Positions 1 through 11,726 of a stretch of DNA of 64,000 bases are shown here, one piece after another (within the stretch, counting starts at the first letter, position 1; each line of letters starts with the position of its first letter). Source of the stretch: Paraphysomonas bandaiensis (taxonomy: Eukaryota; Protista; Chrysophyceae). The DNA is taken from NCBI GenBank assembly GCA_965644295.1, contig CBFFRP010000410.1, forward strand, positions 186,001-250,000, given 5' to 3'. A program made the translations under genes and the position numbers. The notes under the pieces are model-generated. The model made no database searches. It saw only the letters and a program-made list of their open reading frames with translations, and was not told the origin of the DNA.

Positions 1-624
1 ATGCAACTATTAACTACTGTTATTCGACCTATTGTTCATGTTGCCCAAAGTGGAACTGCTGGAGATACAACAACAACTGAGTCCGATACTCGTACAGTTT
101 ACTACAAAGGTCGATATCGGAAGCTGAAAGGAGGAGATTCGAAGGGTTGCAAATCAGTTCAAGCCAAAAGCCTTCGAGATGATTTAATCATGACATCTAA
201 AGCTCATGGTGTTTTGTATAACACAACTTTTACCGATGATGATTACGAAGCATTTAGAGAGAGTTTTCAGCTTCTTATGAAGCGCGATAACGATTTCGGG
301 GTCCATATTAAGGTTCTACTGAAAAGCCTTATTCGCCTTCAAGTTTATACATGTAAAAAGGAAGCCTACAAACTTCTGCGGTCTATTCCAGGAAAGACCC
401 ACGGCATGATTTCTTATGAAAGTATAATTGCTGCGTCAAAAGATATACACCTCCACCAGCGAAACAAGCTTAGAAAGTTCATGAAAGTCCTTCCTGAAAC
501 TTGCAAAGAAAAGGGCTTGACCTGGTTGTTTGGTGATGGATTTCCCACTCCGAAGGATTCGTCTTCTAGATTTAGCACTGGGGAATTTAATACGAAGGAG
601 TTTAATGATTGGGCTGCGAAATAA
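1..624 (+). CDS. Hypothetical protein, possibly 5'-truncated by the window edge
   Basis: 207-codon open frame with ordinary amino-acid composition; no recognisable motif. Confidence 0.4.
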   Translation: MQLLTTVIRPIVHVAQSGTAGDTTTTESDTRTVYYKGRYRKLKGGDSKGCKSVQAKSLRDDLIMTSKAHGVLYNTTFTDDDYEAFRESFQLLMKRDNDFGVHIKVLLKSLIRLQVYTCKKEAYKLLRSIPGKTHGMISYESIIAASKDIHLHQRNKLRKFMKVLPETCKEKGLTWLFGDGFPTPKDSSSRFSTGEFNTKEFNDWAAK

Positions 625-1437
625 AAACAGACGAATGACAACGAATTAGTGTTATGAACGCAACTATATCATACGACTTATTGGTATAGTACAGTGTTTG
701 GTGGCAGCAGATTCATGTGTGACGATGTGACGTATATCCGTTTCTTGCTTAGCAGTATTCGCGTCTAGCTAATGTGGGGATCATTGTAGATAAGCAAGGA
801 ATGAAGTATTTGTGCACTGTTTATTGTAGTGACTCGTTGAGAACTCAACGAATGTGGGAATTTCGAATTTATGTGATTGACACAATTAATAATATCGAAA
901 TTCTGATGTGTTTACACTTATCATCCACAGGTGTGAAGCTGACATTGTACTGTGTAGCTATGTGGTAAAGCGAAGTCATTGATAGATTTAGATTTACAAG
1001 TACCTCATTACGTTTCATTCAGTGACATTATCTTCAGTGCACACGTATTTCAAAGCAAACTATTCTAATGCGAGGATGATTTCATCTTTAATATGCGCCT
1101 ACACAGCTAATCATAAAAAAATGCGCTGATGTCATTAGATGACAGAAACACAGATCGAATATTTTACGAAACTGGCTTGTAATCACTCTTACTTCTAACT
1201 TAGAAAGTCCGCTCTTTAGAGACTAAAATGTGGGGCAATAAAATATATGCTTTCTACCAGACCCAAACTCACACACTTAATCCATGTTCCAAGTCAAGAC
1301 TTTACTAGGTTAGATGCGTGGTGGTTGAATTGCAAACTCTGCTCGCTAACTTAACCCTAACTTAAATCAAGAGTAAAACAACAACTATAACACAAAGAAA
1401 TATATATACAAAATCTACTATAAAACCTATTGTATAA

Positions 1438-1747
1438 CTAGCCTTCGCGAAATTTCCATTCCTGCCGACACATTGGACAGTCTTGCCTGACATTCTGTTG
1501 CGACTCTAGCCATTTCATTACACACTGCATATGAAAAGCATGTCCACATTTCCCCCAAACAGGAGGACAGTCATCTAATGAATATATTAGATCACTATGA
1601 GTTCTATGATGTGGTTGTATTACCTCCAGGGAACTTAACACCAGGCGGACAGGCTTCAAATGGCATTCTACAGATACCACATACCTCCTCATCCACATCC
1701 CATTTCCACACCGCAACACCATGCCATCTTTTGATTTTTACCTTCAT
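1438..1747 (-). CDS. APC11: Anaphase-promoting complex subunit 11 (RING-H2); exons 1747-1624 and 1574-1438
   Basis: MKVKIKRWHGVAVWKW..CGICRMPFEACPPG..PGDDCPPVWGKCGHAFHMQC..WL..CPMCRQEW; 49-nt GT-AG intron 1623-1575 joins the frames. Confidence 0.95.
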
Positions 1748-1811
1748 TGGAGTTCTATTTTGAAAAACTAAATAAATAACATACAATACTACCGTTAAAC
1801 AACAACATCCA

Positions 1812-2001
1812 CATACATACATACATACATACATACATACATACATACATACATACATACATACATACATACATACATACATACATACATACATACATAC
1901 ATACATACATACATACATACATACATACATACATACATACATACATACATACATACATACATACATACATACAGACATATATACATACATACATACATAC
2001 A
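1812..2001. repeat. (CATA)n microsatellite between divergent APC11 and FSH1-like genes
   Basis: Directly visible tetranucleotide array. Confidence 0.97.
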
Positions 2002-2136
2002 CAGAGTACTCTGGCAGTGGATTGATATCAAGGTAGGACTGTGGTCACTCTGGAACTCAACACTGATCACCAAACACACAGAACATATCAGTACTCTACA
2101 TCAAACACTATTCTCCACACACTCATATAACCATCT

Positions 2137-3050
2137 ATGAATTTTTTTTGTGGGTCAAACTACAGCACATCAATCAAATCAGTGTCTAGTCGTTCAGGTC
2201 GACCTAAAGTACTATGCTTGCATGGGTTCCGTACATCTGGTCTGATATTAGAAAGACAAATGGCAGCTATGCGATGTCATGTCGATGCTGATTTTGTATA
2301 CATGGATGGACCCTTTGAAGCTACTGGTCCACCTGACTCAGGCGTACGTACATTTTATCCCAATCTTCCTTATTATGAGTGGTAATCATGTACTCATGTA
2401 CCTAATCCTTAATAGTAATTCTTCGTAGGTATTCATTATCGTATAGCCAGGAAGCTATATCACGTAGTATGGAGCTTATTTTAAAAGAATTAAGGGAAAA
2501 CGGACCTTATGATGGCATATTGGGATTTTCGCAGGTCAGTAACAATAATTTGACGCTTCTTCAAAAGTAGAAGTTACGAAACTAATGTCTACACGTGTAT
2601 AGGGGGCATGCATGGCAACACGAGTTGCTTATAGACTTCAATCTTGTCCTGAAGAGTTCAAGGGACTAAGTTTAAAATACGTCATTCTAATTGGTGGTGT
2701 ACCCCCAAATGAATCGGAAAAATTGGTGCGGCATATATCATGTCTGTATCACTTGCTGTGCATATACCCATGTTTAAAGTTACGGCGTTCATATGTTCAT
2801 ATATACTTTTCTATGTTATTTATTCGCTTTATAGGTTCCGTTTTCGCCAATCACACTACCCAACCTTCACATCATGGGGGATGAAGACTACGTACTAGAT
2901 CGCTCAGTAATTCTACAAAAAAACTGGTATGATAGTAAAAACTCTGAATTATTAAAACACTCTGGTGGCCACCATATTCCTCCTCTGAGATCGGGTCTGT
3001 ACCCCGCAATAAATACTTTCATAAGAAAGCACAAGGAAGGATGTTGTTAG
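2137..3050 (+). CDS. FSH1/OVCA2-family serine hydrolase (spliced)
   Basis: KVLCLHGFRTSG, GPYDGILGFSQG nucleophile motif split by an intron, LHIMGDED, HSGGHHIP; stop TAG ends at 3050. Confidence 0.9.
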
Positions 3051-4517
3051 ATAATAACTTTTGTGTGTACAGTACATTGGTATAGCATATGACATCAAGC
3101 TCATCATAATCAATACAGAAGATGGCACGTTAGTTGGTGAATGACTACTACGATAATATTCTTCCTAAATACTCAGAATAATGAACGCAACATATGGTGT
3201 CTTAAGGCGTAATGTTTAGGTTCTTCTTGGCATTTTAAAATAGCGGCATAATAGCTTAGGTGTATGTCAAGTATAGTTACAAATTTATAAATCCAATTAA
3301 CTACTACCCAACTATTCTAAAGAAGTTGGTCATATTGCCCCATTCCGAGAGCGTACTCTAGTGAAGTGCTAGTGTTGACTAAGCTAAGTAATAGATTATT
3401 AATTAAAATCTCAGCGTATTCTTTGTGTGTCGGCACCAATAAAAGTCCAGCTAGATCTACACTATACTTGCATAGCCTATATGAGATTACGAGAAACCCC
3501 GCGCATTCTAGGGGAGGGAGGGGAGGTAGCCAATGTCACACTAGGCCTATACTGAGTCATCCATGGTTACGAGAAGTCCCGTTTAATCTTTGTTAGGTTA
3601 TAATGAGAATGTACACATCATGGTCTTACTAGAATCTGCGTGAATTACATATATAAAAGTCATATAGAAATCCCATTATTTATTATTACTTTTATCTCAG
3701 CAAAGGTTAACACAGGTAGGGGGGCAACAGAATCTGCGCGTGATCTATGCGGTCAGCTACGTTGGTACACGGGTGAGTGGGTAGTAGAATCAGTGCTATA
3801 TCTCGGTGTTTTAGGTGGTGTACAGCCTGCCTACACTATGGTCACACCCTCGGAATGGGGCATATATCTATGCCAAGAATCTCATAGTCATGGAATTGAT
3901 GCCTTTATATTTAATACGACTTATTTTTTACAAAAGTAGTTATTCTCTCTCATTTGTGCATGCTTCGTTTAAAGATCCCTATCGAATTCAGGGATTACTA
4001 CGAAACATTCACTCTAATACGACACATGCGCATAATTTATTTTTCTTCGAAGTACAGAAGAAAGGTTGCTGTATCGTATAGAATCACTTTCAAAGAGAAA
4101 TATTTAAATAGTAAGAACGTTAAAGAGTATGTCCTTCACACACTTTAGTAAGTCGTCCATACGAATGTCTTTGCGACAGTGCCTTGCAAATGATTGGATC
4201 CTTAGTCCGCGATCATACCATTGCATACTATTGGCCATTCATCGTCGCAAGGAATGACACTTGCTGCAGTGTACAGAGTGAGAGTATCATTAGATTACAT
4301 TATGTCGTATCGTGTTCACGCTAAGGGCCTTATAGTGTATCCACAGATACAAGTGTACAGCAGAGGGTAAGGTATTAAAGAATTAATATGGAAATCATAT
4401 CATCCAACTCAAATGTTATTATTCGTGCTCTATGCAGCTCATATCCTGATCTCATATCTTAACATCTCAACTGCCGCATATCCATCACCATGAGCGATCT
4501 GCTGCACTGGTGTATCA

Positions 4518-4661
4518 TATCGGCATCCTTTGTATATTTTTGTTCCAAGATGCCTCTAATATTGAGACAATAATTATGTGTATTCCAGCCGTAGTTGTAA
4601 TGCAGTAATATAGAGAATATTTGCTTCAATATATTCCCGAAAAATAAGATGCTGACTGCCG
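4518..4661. repeat. ~144-bp dispersed repeat, copy 1 (copy 2 at 42624-42767)
   Basis: Colinear, same-length high similarity between the two copies; ends CGGCA...TGCCG. Confidence 0.85.
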
Positions 4662-5751
4662 ATACGATATACACTGTACATGCACATACAGTGCATATAC
4701 TCTGTATATGTATAATATATATGTATATATATCCCAATTTTAACATAAAAAGTATGTTTCATGCATACAAATAATGGATTTCTGATTTTTTTATTGGCTT
4801 TTTCAAAAGAAAAGTTGAATTCTAGAATTAGTTTTTGTCAGAAGTATCACTGTCAACTAATGAATTATCGTATACAAAGTGTTCTGCTCTCTGATTTGTT
4901 GGAAATAGAAAGAAGGTTCTTATCCTGTTCAAAGATTGTGCATATTGATTATGCATCCAACAGTTAAGATACACATACATATCACTATATAATTAACAAT
5001 TTAATAAACACAATAATGCCAAACGGTTGGAAAAAAAGAGTTAACAAGAAAGATTTATCTCGCCGTCAAAGAGCAGGTGGAGGAAAGAGTAGCATGGAAG
5101 GTTGTTCTAGAAGGAAATGTGTACTGTGCTCTATTAACGGGCCAATAGATAAGAGTTCAAAGAAAGGTAAGGGAAGATATAAGGGATTGAATGCGAATTA
5201 CTTATCACTGAGTGGAAGTGTTCCTAATTCTATGGTAGCTTTGTCAATATGGGAAATCATGTAGAAAACATGCTGTATACTCACATACGTATATGTATAT
5301 GTCATATACAGCACTTGGTATGTATTACTATATGTGATATAATCCAACGTGATGAAAAAATGTTTGATGCCCTCCTGCAATCATGTAGATTGTGTAACCC
5401 TACCCATTACTATAACATGAAAAATTATTAGCATTAATCAAGCCTTATTTCGGGGAAGGTTTTAGATAGCTGAAAGCTCCAAAGTATACAGCACTTTGGG
5501 TAATTAAATCAGTACTCATGGTGATTAAAGTATAAAGTTATTTGGGGTGATAGTGTACATGACAGCAGGGTTCAGTAACAATATATTGCAGTACTATTAT
5601 TAGGTAGCATTCAATCAATACTATTGATAGAGGTTTTGGAACCTGCTCATAGCAATATATGGCAATATAGTAGTATCGTCGATAAGTAAGAATATGGATT
5701 CAATTTAAGATAACATGATAACCAAACCCCTTCGCTGGCTACTGCTTAGAT

Positions 5752-6487
5752 CAGGGATAGGGAACAATATATTATATTGCAATACATTGTACAATATATT
5801 GCAATATGTTGTAAAATATATTGACTGGTGGACTGGTCAAATATTCCCATCAATATTGTTTCTGTTAAAGTAGCTCGCAATATATTGCAAGCTTCTTAAC
5901 TGTGGGGTAAAAAGTATAAGTCCATGTATATAAATCTCCGTTCAGACAGTGATTATTGCAACAATACAGAGTATGACGAAGCTGAAGTCGGCAATGCGGA
6001 AAATATTCTTCAATCAGCTCAAAAATTTAAAAAACTGAAAGTTGAAATATCTAAGTACAGGTGCACGGGTCATGTAGTATGTACTACCTATACAAGTGAA
6101 CGCCTGTTCAGCGCAGGAAAACGGATTATATCAGCGTTGCGCAAACGTATGTTGTTTCTGAAAAAGCTAACAGACAGTTGTGGCCGGATGCAAGTATATT
6201 TCAATTAATATTGGATGAATATGGTGATGATGTCACCGATGATGACTCAGAGGATGAGTATGAGGAAACTTTTAATTAGTTAAAAGTAGTGGGTTTGATT
6301 ATCAAGTGACCTTAGACCTTATATTGATTGCACTAAATACTACGGATGTATTTACTTACTGATTTGTCGTACTAATATATGGCTATATATTGTACTACTA
6401 TTGTAGAGCCGGTTTAAAAACTCCATCAATACTATTGATGGAACGCTATCTAACAATAGTATTGCAATATATTTTCCCCTATCCCTG
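5752..6487 (+). mobile_element. Inner non-autonomous hAT derivative with decayed transposase C-terminus
   Basis: TIRs CAGGGATAGGGAACAATATATT / AATATATTTTCCCCTATCCCTG; degenerate 8-bp TSD GCTTAGAT/GCGTAAAT; peptide TSERLFSAGKRIISALRKRM resembles the hAT dimerisation domain. Confidence 0.85.
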
Positions 6488-6766
6488 GCGTAAATAATCA
6501 CAACTTTCTTCATACTCATTGTCGGTGCCATCATCGGTGACACAAGCATAACCACATTCATTCGAAATTAATTGAAATATGCATCCGACCACAACTGTCA
6601 ATTAGCTTGCAGAAAAAAAAAAAAAAACATAAGCTTCATCATCCTCTGCATTGTTGCAATCACTGTCACAATATATATGGACTTATATTTATATACACGG
6701 ACCTATATTTTTCACCCTATAGGTAAGAAGCTTTTGTATATGATTGCAATATATTGTGAGATTGTG

Positions 6767-9700
6767 TATTGAACTACAACCAACTCCTACGTGCGTACTT
6801 GAAACGAAGGAAGTACAGCAAAAGGGTTACTACAGGCACTGGAAGAGAGATTTCTCAATGTTGAAAAGAATACAGTACAGGCAGAGGTCACAAAGTTCAA
6901 TTCAATGAAGATTACCTCAAGTCAGTCAGGAGCAGAGTTCGTCGACAGCGTTGAAGCCCAGGCCAAGATTCTCGAGAATCTAGGTCGTGAAGTCACGGAA
7001 GACGACAAGCTCACTCGACTAAAGGAAGGTCTCACAGACAAGAGATATTCCCAACTAGCACACAGCCTGTATACAGCAAACGATGTGACATACGCAAGAG
7101 CAAGCAGCCTAATCAAAGGGTATGAAAACACATCATTCGGCAAGCATGCGTTGCAAAATTCAGGGGAAGACAGTGTCAATCAAGCAGTGGATGACAGTAA
7201 ATGGAAAGAGCACAAGAGAAAGGGCAGATGCAATAAGTGCAAGAAACTTGGCCACTTTGCTAGGGAGTGCAAGACTCCAGAGCATGTCATAAAGAGGATG
7301 AAGGGGACAAGATCACAGAGAAAAGATAGAGATCACAGAAACAGGGGTGATAACAAAACAAAGCTACCTGTGTGTGAGATATGTGACATCCCAGGCCATC
7401 AGACTAAAGACTGCTTCCACTTGAAGACTGCTAAAGCTGCAGTGGTCAGTTCTAAACGGGGGCGAGACTCTAGAAGGGAAACGGCACCCTACAAGAACAA
7501 GAAGAAACCGCGAGTGTCTGTACATGATTCAGAAGATGAAGCGGGATACGAATCGATGATATGTGTGGAAGAAGAGGTGAATCTAGCACAGAGCATGTCA
7601 GATGTTATTTATTTAGACAGCGGGTGCAACAAGATGATCCTTACCTCCAAAAACCACATGACCAACCTTCAGCGCGCTGATAGGCAGATGTCCACAGCGA
7701 ACAAAGGTAAACTGTCAATACACAGTGTTGGCGATGTAGGAAGCTTTAAAAAGGTGTACTACGCACCTGAAGCAAGTAAGAACCTCGTAGATATGAAGAG
7801 CATCACAGATAGGGGTTGTGTTGTGACGTTCGATAATGATGAAGTCGTCATTCGAAATAAGACTACGAACAAGACACTCATTAGACAGAGAAGTGTTAAT
7901 GGATTATATCCAGTTCGACTCGAAGACTTACTTCAGCTTGGAGAAGAATCCTCAGCAGCACTTGAGGAGCAGGGGTTTGATGACCAGCGAATTCTATGGC
8001 ACAAAAGACTTGGCCATGTCAACTATGATAAACTGACTGAGTCCGACCGCCGAGGCCTAGTTGATGGAATAAATCTGGACAAGAAATATTTCAGAAAAAA
8101 ACACAAAAAAACGATATGCAAATGTAATACCTGCATGCGATCGAAACTCACGAGAAAGAACTTCAGGACTCCACGCCAGTTGATGAACTTAGACAACAAC
8201 CCAAAGGAGAGAGGGGTGCTCAGTGCAGATACGATGGAAGTCCTAAACACGCCATCGATGGAAGGCTACAAACATGTGTTACTATTCAAGCACAGTGATG
8301 CAAAACATGTATGGGCTTATGGGTTGAAAAACAAGACTGGGAGTGAAGTGTTAAAGTGTATGAAGGACATGGTAGAGACCCAACTTGTCAAAGAAGGATT
8401 GCAACTACGACGATATCATGCAGATGGCGCAGGAGAACTAGTAGGGCAACATGTCAGGCAGTACTTACGTGAAACCACCAGCACAAGGACTGTACAGGTT
8501 ACTTGGACTCCACGTGACACACCCGAAATGAATTCGCTATCGGAACGCACTAATCGTACAGTGAAGGAGATGGCCCTTGCTATATTGCTCGATAGTGGCA
8601 TGCCATCAGTATTTTGGTTCAAAGCAGTCTTGCATGCTGTATATCTGATCAACAGGTTACCTACGAAGACAACGAAAGGATACATCTCACCTTTTGAGTA
8701 TATTACTGGAACCGCACCAGATGTGAGTGACTTGAAGATCTGGGGCTGCAAGGCATGGGCTATTGTGCCGAAGGAGCAGCGCCGCAAAGAGTGGAAAGAA
8801 AAGGGAAAACCTGGATACTATATGGGACAATGTCAACAACCTGTTGGACACCAAATATATATTCCAGACCTGAATGCTATTATTGTTGCAGTCAATGCAC
8901 AGTTTGATGAGTCAATTCCAGAGCGTTCACAGGAGTATTTCGACGAAATAGATAATCTACAAATCGACACCTCAGAAACAGCAGAGAGTGTAAATGACTA
9001 TCAGTACCTGGTGGGCCTCAGACATCTTGATGGACACCTGTGTTATGTTACCACCAGAGTGATAGAGAGAAGAGGAGTCATTGTTGCATATAGGAGATTA
9101 GATATGAAAGGAAATACTACCGAGGAGCAAACTCCAATTCATATCAAAGATGTAGTAAAGATGACTCACTCTACAAAGTGTCAGACCGACAAGTTTAATA
9201 GTTTGCGAAATGAGTTGGATCAGACTTGTAATGACAGTGACAATGAACAGAGGACTCCTGACCGCTCAAATCGGGGCGCATCTTCAACAGGTGGGGCAGA
9301 TCGAAATCCCAGAACTGAAAAACGACCTCGAAAAAAACGGCACATTGTTAACGTTGGTGTCCTCGGCGATGTCTCATTGTTTCTTGATTCCTCCAACAGC
9401 ACAATTAAAGAGCCACAGACGCTGGCAGAAGCAAAGAAGACTCCACAGAGAACATACTGGATTGAAGCTACCAGGAAGGAGGTGCACAAGCTTGAACGAA
9501 GGACATGCTGGAAGATTGTCCGAAGGCCGAAACACCGAAAAATCATAAAATCTAAATTGGTCTTTAAAGTAAAGCGCGACCATCTTGGAAAAATTAAGAA
9601 GTTCAAAGTTCGACTTGTGGCGAAAGGGTTTACTCAAGAACAAGGAGTCGACTATAATGAGACATTCTCCCCAGTAGCTAAAGGTGTATCATTTAGGCTA

Positions 9701-11294
9701 GCACTAGCACTGGCTCTGCGATACAATCTGCAACTCCGTCAACTCGATGTAGAAACGGCATTTCCGTATGCAGATCTGGACGAAGACGTGTTTATGTCTC
9801 CACCTGCAGGAATAGATATTCCACAAGGCTGTTGTTTGAAGATTCTGAAGAGTTTGTATGGCCTAAAACAAGCGCCTCGAAATTGGCATTCAATGCTGAA
9901 GGACAGTATAAAGGCGATGGGGTATAAACAATGTGTTCTTGACCCATGTTTATTTGTACTCAAGGGTACTGATGATAACCTACATATGATACTTGTGTAT
10001 GTAGATGATATCATTGTGCTCAGCTCTGACAGCCGTCATATTGAAGAAGTCATCAGCGCCTTTAAGACTCAATATGCCATGCAAGATATGGGGGACCTTA
10101 AGCATTATTTAGGTCTTACCATTGAGCGTCATAATGGCCAGATTAAGTTACATCAGTCTGCATATGCTAAAGATGTTGTGGCCAGATTCAATCACTTGTT
10201 GTCAGAAAAGAAGAGACGGTGCAAGGCAACCACACCTCTACCACCTGGCCTAAAGTTGTCCAAGGATGCAAAAGAGGAAGAAACTCGAAAACAGAGAGAA
10301 TACGTTGATGCATTTCCCTATCAATCTGTTATTGGTGCCTTAATGTATTTGGCAGTGCATACTAGACCAGACATGGCATATACAGTAAATCTTCTCTCCC
10401 GGTTCACCACAAGACCCACGTACGCTGCATGTCAAGCTGCTCTGCATACTTTATTGTATTTAGAAAATACAGTTGATCAAGATTGGGCCGGAGATCTGGA
10501 TACATGCAGATCCACTACAGGGTATATCGTATATCTGTGGGGTGCTCCAATTGCATGGCAGTCCAGACTGCAGCCAACAGTGGCTACGTCGACTATGGAA
10601 GCTGAATATATGGCTGCATATGCTGCAATTCAGGAGATTGTATGGATACGAGGGGTGATGACAGAGCTCGGAATTCGTGGATTTGAGCTCAGTAAGAATG
10701 CGTCTCCAACAATCTTGAATATGGACAGCAAGAGTGCGATTGATCTAGCTCAGAACCCGGTAAATCATAAACGTTCCAAGCATATTCGGATCAAGTATCA
10801 TTGGATTCGAGAGCAAGTGGGAGGCTGTATCGTCAGGCTGAATCATGTGCCAACGGCAGAGATGACAGCAGACGTGATGACTAAAGCCTTGTCCGAGAAG
10901 CTGCACTATCAGCATGTGCACACTATGGTATCGCACTAAGTAGACTTGCTCATCACAGTATATTCTGATATGTTCATTGAGTGGGAGTATTGAACTACAA
11001 CCAACTCCTACGTGCGTACTTGAAGTTTGGTAAAGTCAATCGCTAGTAGTTATCCTGTATTCTATGTAGCAATGAAATACAGAATATACATGACTACAGT
11101 ATAGGAGTAGCTATTACAAGTATACAAAGAAACTGAAAATATAGTAGCTGTTAAAGATATGATTTGTAGAACAGAATGTTGATGTTGGTGAATGACGTGG
11201 TTCCTAACTCACAGGGCTACAACATCATAAACTTACTATATCTCCTATAATATCAATCAGTCAATATTGCACTAACTAAAAGCGTAAATTAATA
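6767..11294 (+). mobile_element. Ty1/Copia LTR retrotransposon; 5' LTR reduced to 37 bp, 3' LTR 10988-11294
   Basis: 37-bp identity between 6767-6803 and 10988-11024; PPT GAGTGGGAG immediately before the 3' LTR; 5-bp TSD TTGTG at 6762-6766 and 11295-11299. Confidence 0.92.
6905..10939 (+). CDS. Copia Gag-Pol polyprotein, N-terminally deleted (Gag, Zn knuckles, protease, integrase, RT, RNase H)
   Basis: CNKCKKLGHFAREC and CEICDIPGHQTKDC knuckles, YLDSGC protease, WHKRLGH..CNTC, integrase core, LVAKGFTQ, YVDDI, DWAG..RSTTG, KHIRIKYHWIRE; integrase precedes RT. Confidence 0.95.
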   Translation: MKITSSQSGAEFVDSVEAQAKILENLGREVTEDDKLTRLKEGLTDKRYSQLAHSLYTANDVTYARASSLIKGYENTSFGKHALQNSGEDSVNQAVDDSKWKEHKRKGRCNKCKKLGHFARECKTPEHVIKRMKGTRSQRKDRDHRNRGDNKTKLPVCEICDIPGHQTKDCFHLKTAKAAVVSSKRGRDSRRETAPYKNKKKPRVSVHDSEDEAGYESMICVEEEVNLAQSMSDVIYLDSGCNKMILTSKNHMTNLQRADRQMSTANKGKLSIHSVGDVGSFKKVYYAPEASKNLVDMKSITDRGCVVTFDNDEVVIRNKTTNKTLIRQRSVNGLYPVRLEDLLQLGEESSAALEEQGFDDQRILWHKRLGHVNYDKLTESDRRGLVDGINLDKKYFRKKHKKTICKCNTCMRSKLTRKNFRTPRQLMNLDNNPKERGVLSADTMEVLNTPSMEGYKHVLLFKHSDAKHVWAYGLKNKTGSEVLKCMKDMVETQLVKEGLQLRRYHADGAGELVGQHVRQYLRETTSTRTVQVTWTPRDTPEMNSLSERTNRTVKEMALAILLDSGMPSVFWFKAVLHAVYLINRLPTKTTKGYISPFEYITGTAPDVSDLKIWGCKAWAIVPKEQRRKEWKEKGKPGYYMGQCQQPVGHQIYIPDLNAIIVAVNAQFDESIPERSQEYFDEIDNLQIDTSETAESVNDYQYLVGLRHLDGHLCYVTTRVIERRGVIVAYRRLDMKGNTTEEQTPIHIKDVVKMTHSTKCQTDKFNSLRNELDQTCNDSDNEQRTPDRSNRGASSTGGADRNPRTEKRPRKKRHIVNVGVLGDVSLFLDSSNSTIKEPQTLAEAKKTPQRTYWIEATRKEVHKLERRTCWKIVRRPKHRKIIKSKLVFKVKRDHLGKIKKFKVRLVAKGFTQEQGVDYNETFSPVAKGVSFRLALALALRYNLQLRQLDVETAFPYADLDEDVFMSPPAGIDIPQGCCLKILKSLYGLKQAPRNWHSMLKDSIKAMGYKQCVLDPCLFVLKGTDDNLHMILVYVDDIIVLSSDSRHIEEVISAFKTQYAMQDMGDLKHYLGLTIERHNGQIKLHQSAYAKDVVARFNHLLSEKKRRCKATTPLPPGLKLSKDAKEEETRKQREYVDAFPYQSVIGALMYLAVHTRPDMAYTVNLLSRFTTRPTYAACQAALHTLLYLENTVDQDWAGDLDTCRSTTGYIVYLWGAPIAWQSRLQPTVATSTMEAEYMAAYAAIQEIVWIRGVMTELGIRGFELSKNASPTILNMDSKSAIDLAQNPVNHKRSKHIRIKYHWIREQVGGCIVRLNHVPTAEMTADVMTKALSEKLHYQHVHTMVSH

Positions 11295-11726
11295 TTGTGA
11301 GCTACTTTAGCATGGATGGAAATTTTGGCGCGTCAACCAACCAATACATTGGAATTCGATATATTGTTACCGAACTGCATGACACTAGTGGGATGTGACA
11401 AAAAGTGAGTGAAGTTGTATAGCGAGGTCATCTCTTACGCTCAGATATGCTTCTCATTACCTTTGCTATTCTTTAAAATTCAGCTTATCCCTTATATACA
11501 TAACACTTTATCAAACCAAGTAATACCTATTTTGACTGTAGCTATTGGTTATAAACGAGAAACCCATTTAATTATTTTTTAGCTTCAGCGAAACTCGACA
11601 TAGTAGTATTATTTTAATACATTACGTACTCCAACACAGCAACGTTATATATTCTATGCATTCAGGTATGCATTAGCAGCTATTTTCTGATATACATCGA
11701 ACAGCAATACATATACGGATATACTT

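Larger units (their letters stand above)
5566..11377 (-). mobile_element. Outer non-autonomous hAT derivative, interrupted by a second hAT derivative and a Copia
   Basis: Left end CAGGGTTCAGTAACAATATATT; right end reads CAGTTCGGTAACAATATAT on the reverse strand; 8-bp flanks CATGACAG (5558-5565) and CATGACAC (11378-11385); internal sequence is an inverted homolog of 5752-6487. Confidence 0.7.

Noticed and set aside
1352-1361. TAACCCTAAC telomerase-template-like or telomeric motif (also AAACCCTAA near 31800)
   Set aside because: Single short matches; no repeat array, no evident Pol III terminator or supporting structure.
3300-4450. Several short ORFs in intergenic DNA
   Set aside because: No coherent splice model or motifs; probably decayed sequence.
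5016-5264. Basic 82-aa ORF (MPNGWKKR...)
   Set aside because: Short, no motif, beside TE debris; cannot be supported as a gene.
6922-10936. Antisense and alternative-frame ORFs within the Copia
   Set aside because: Shadow ORFs of the long polyprotein frame.
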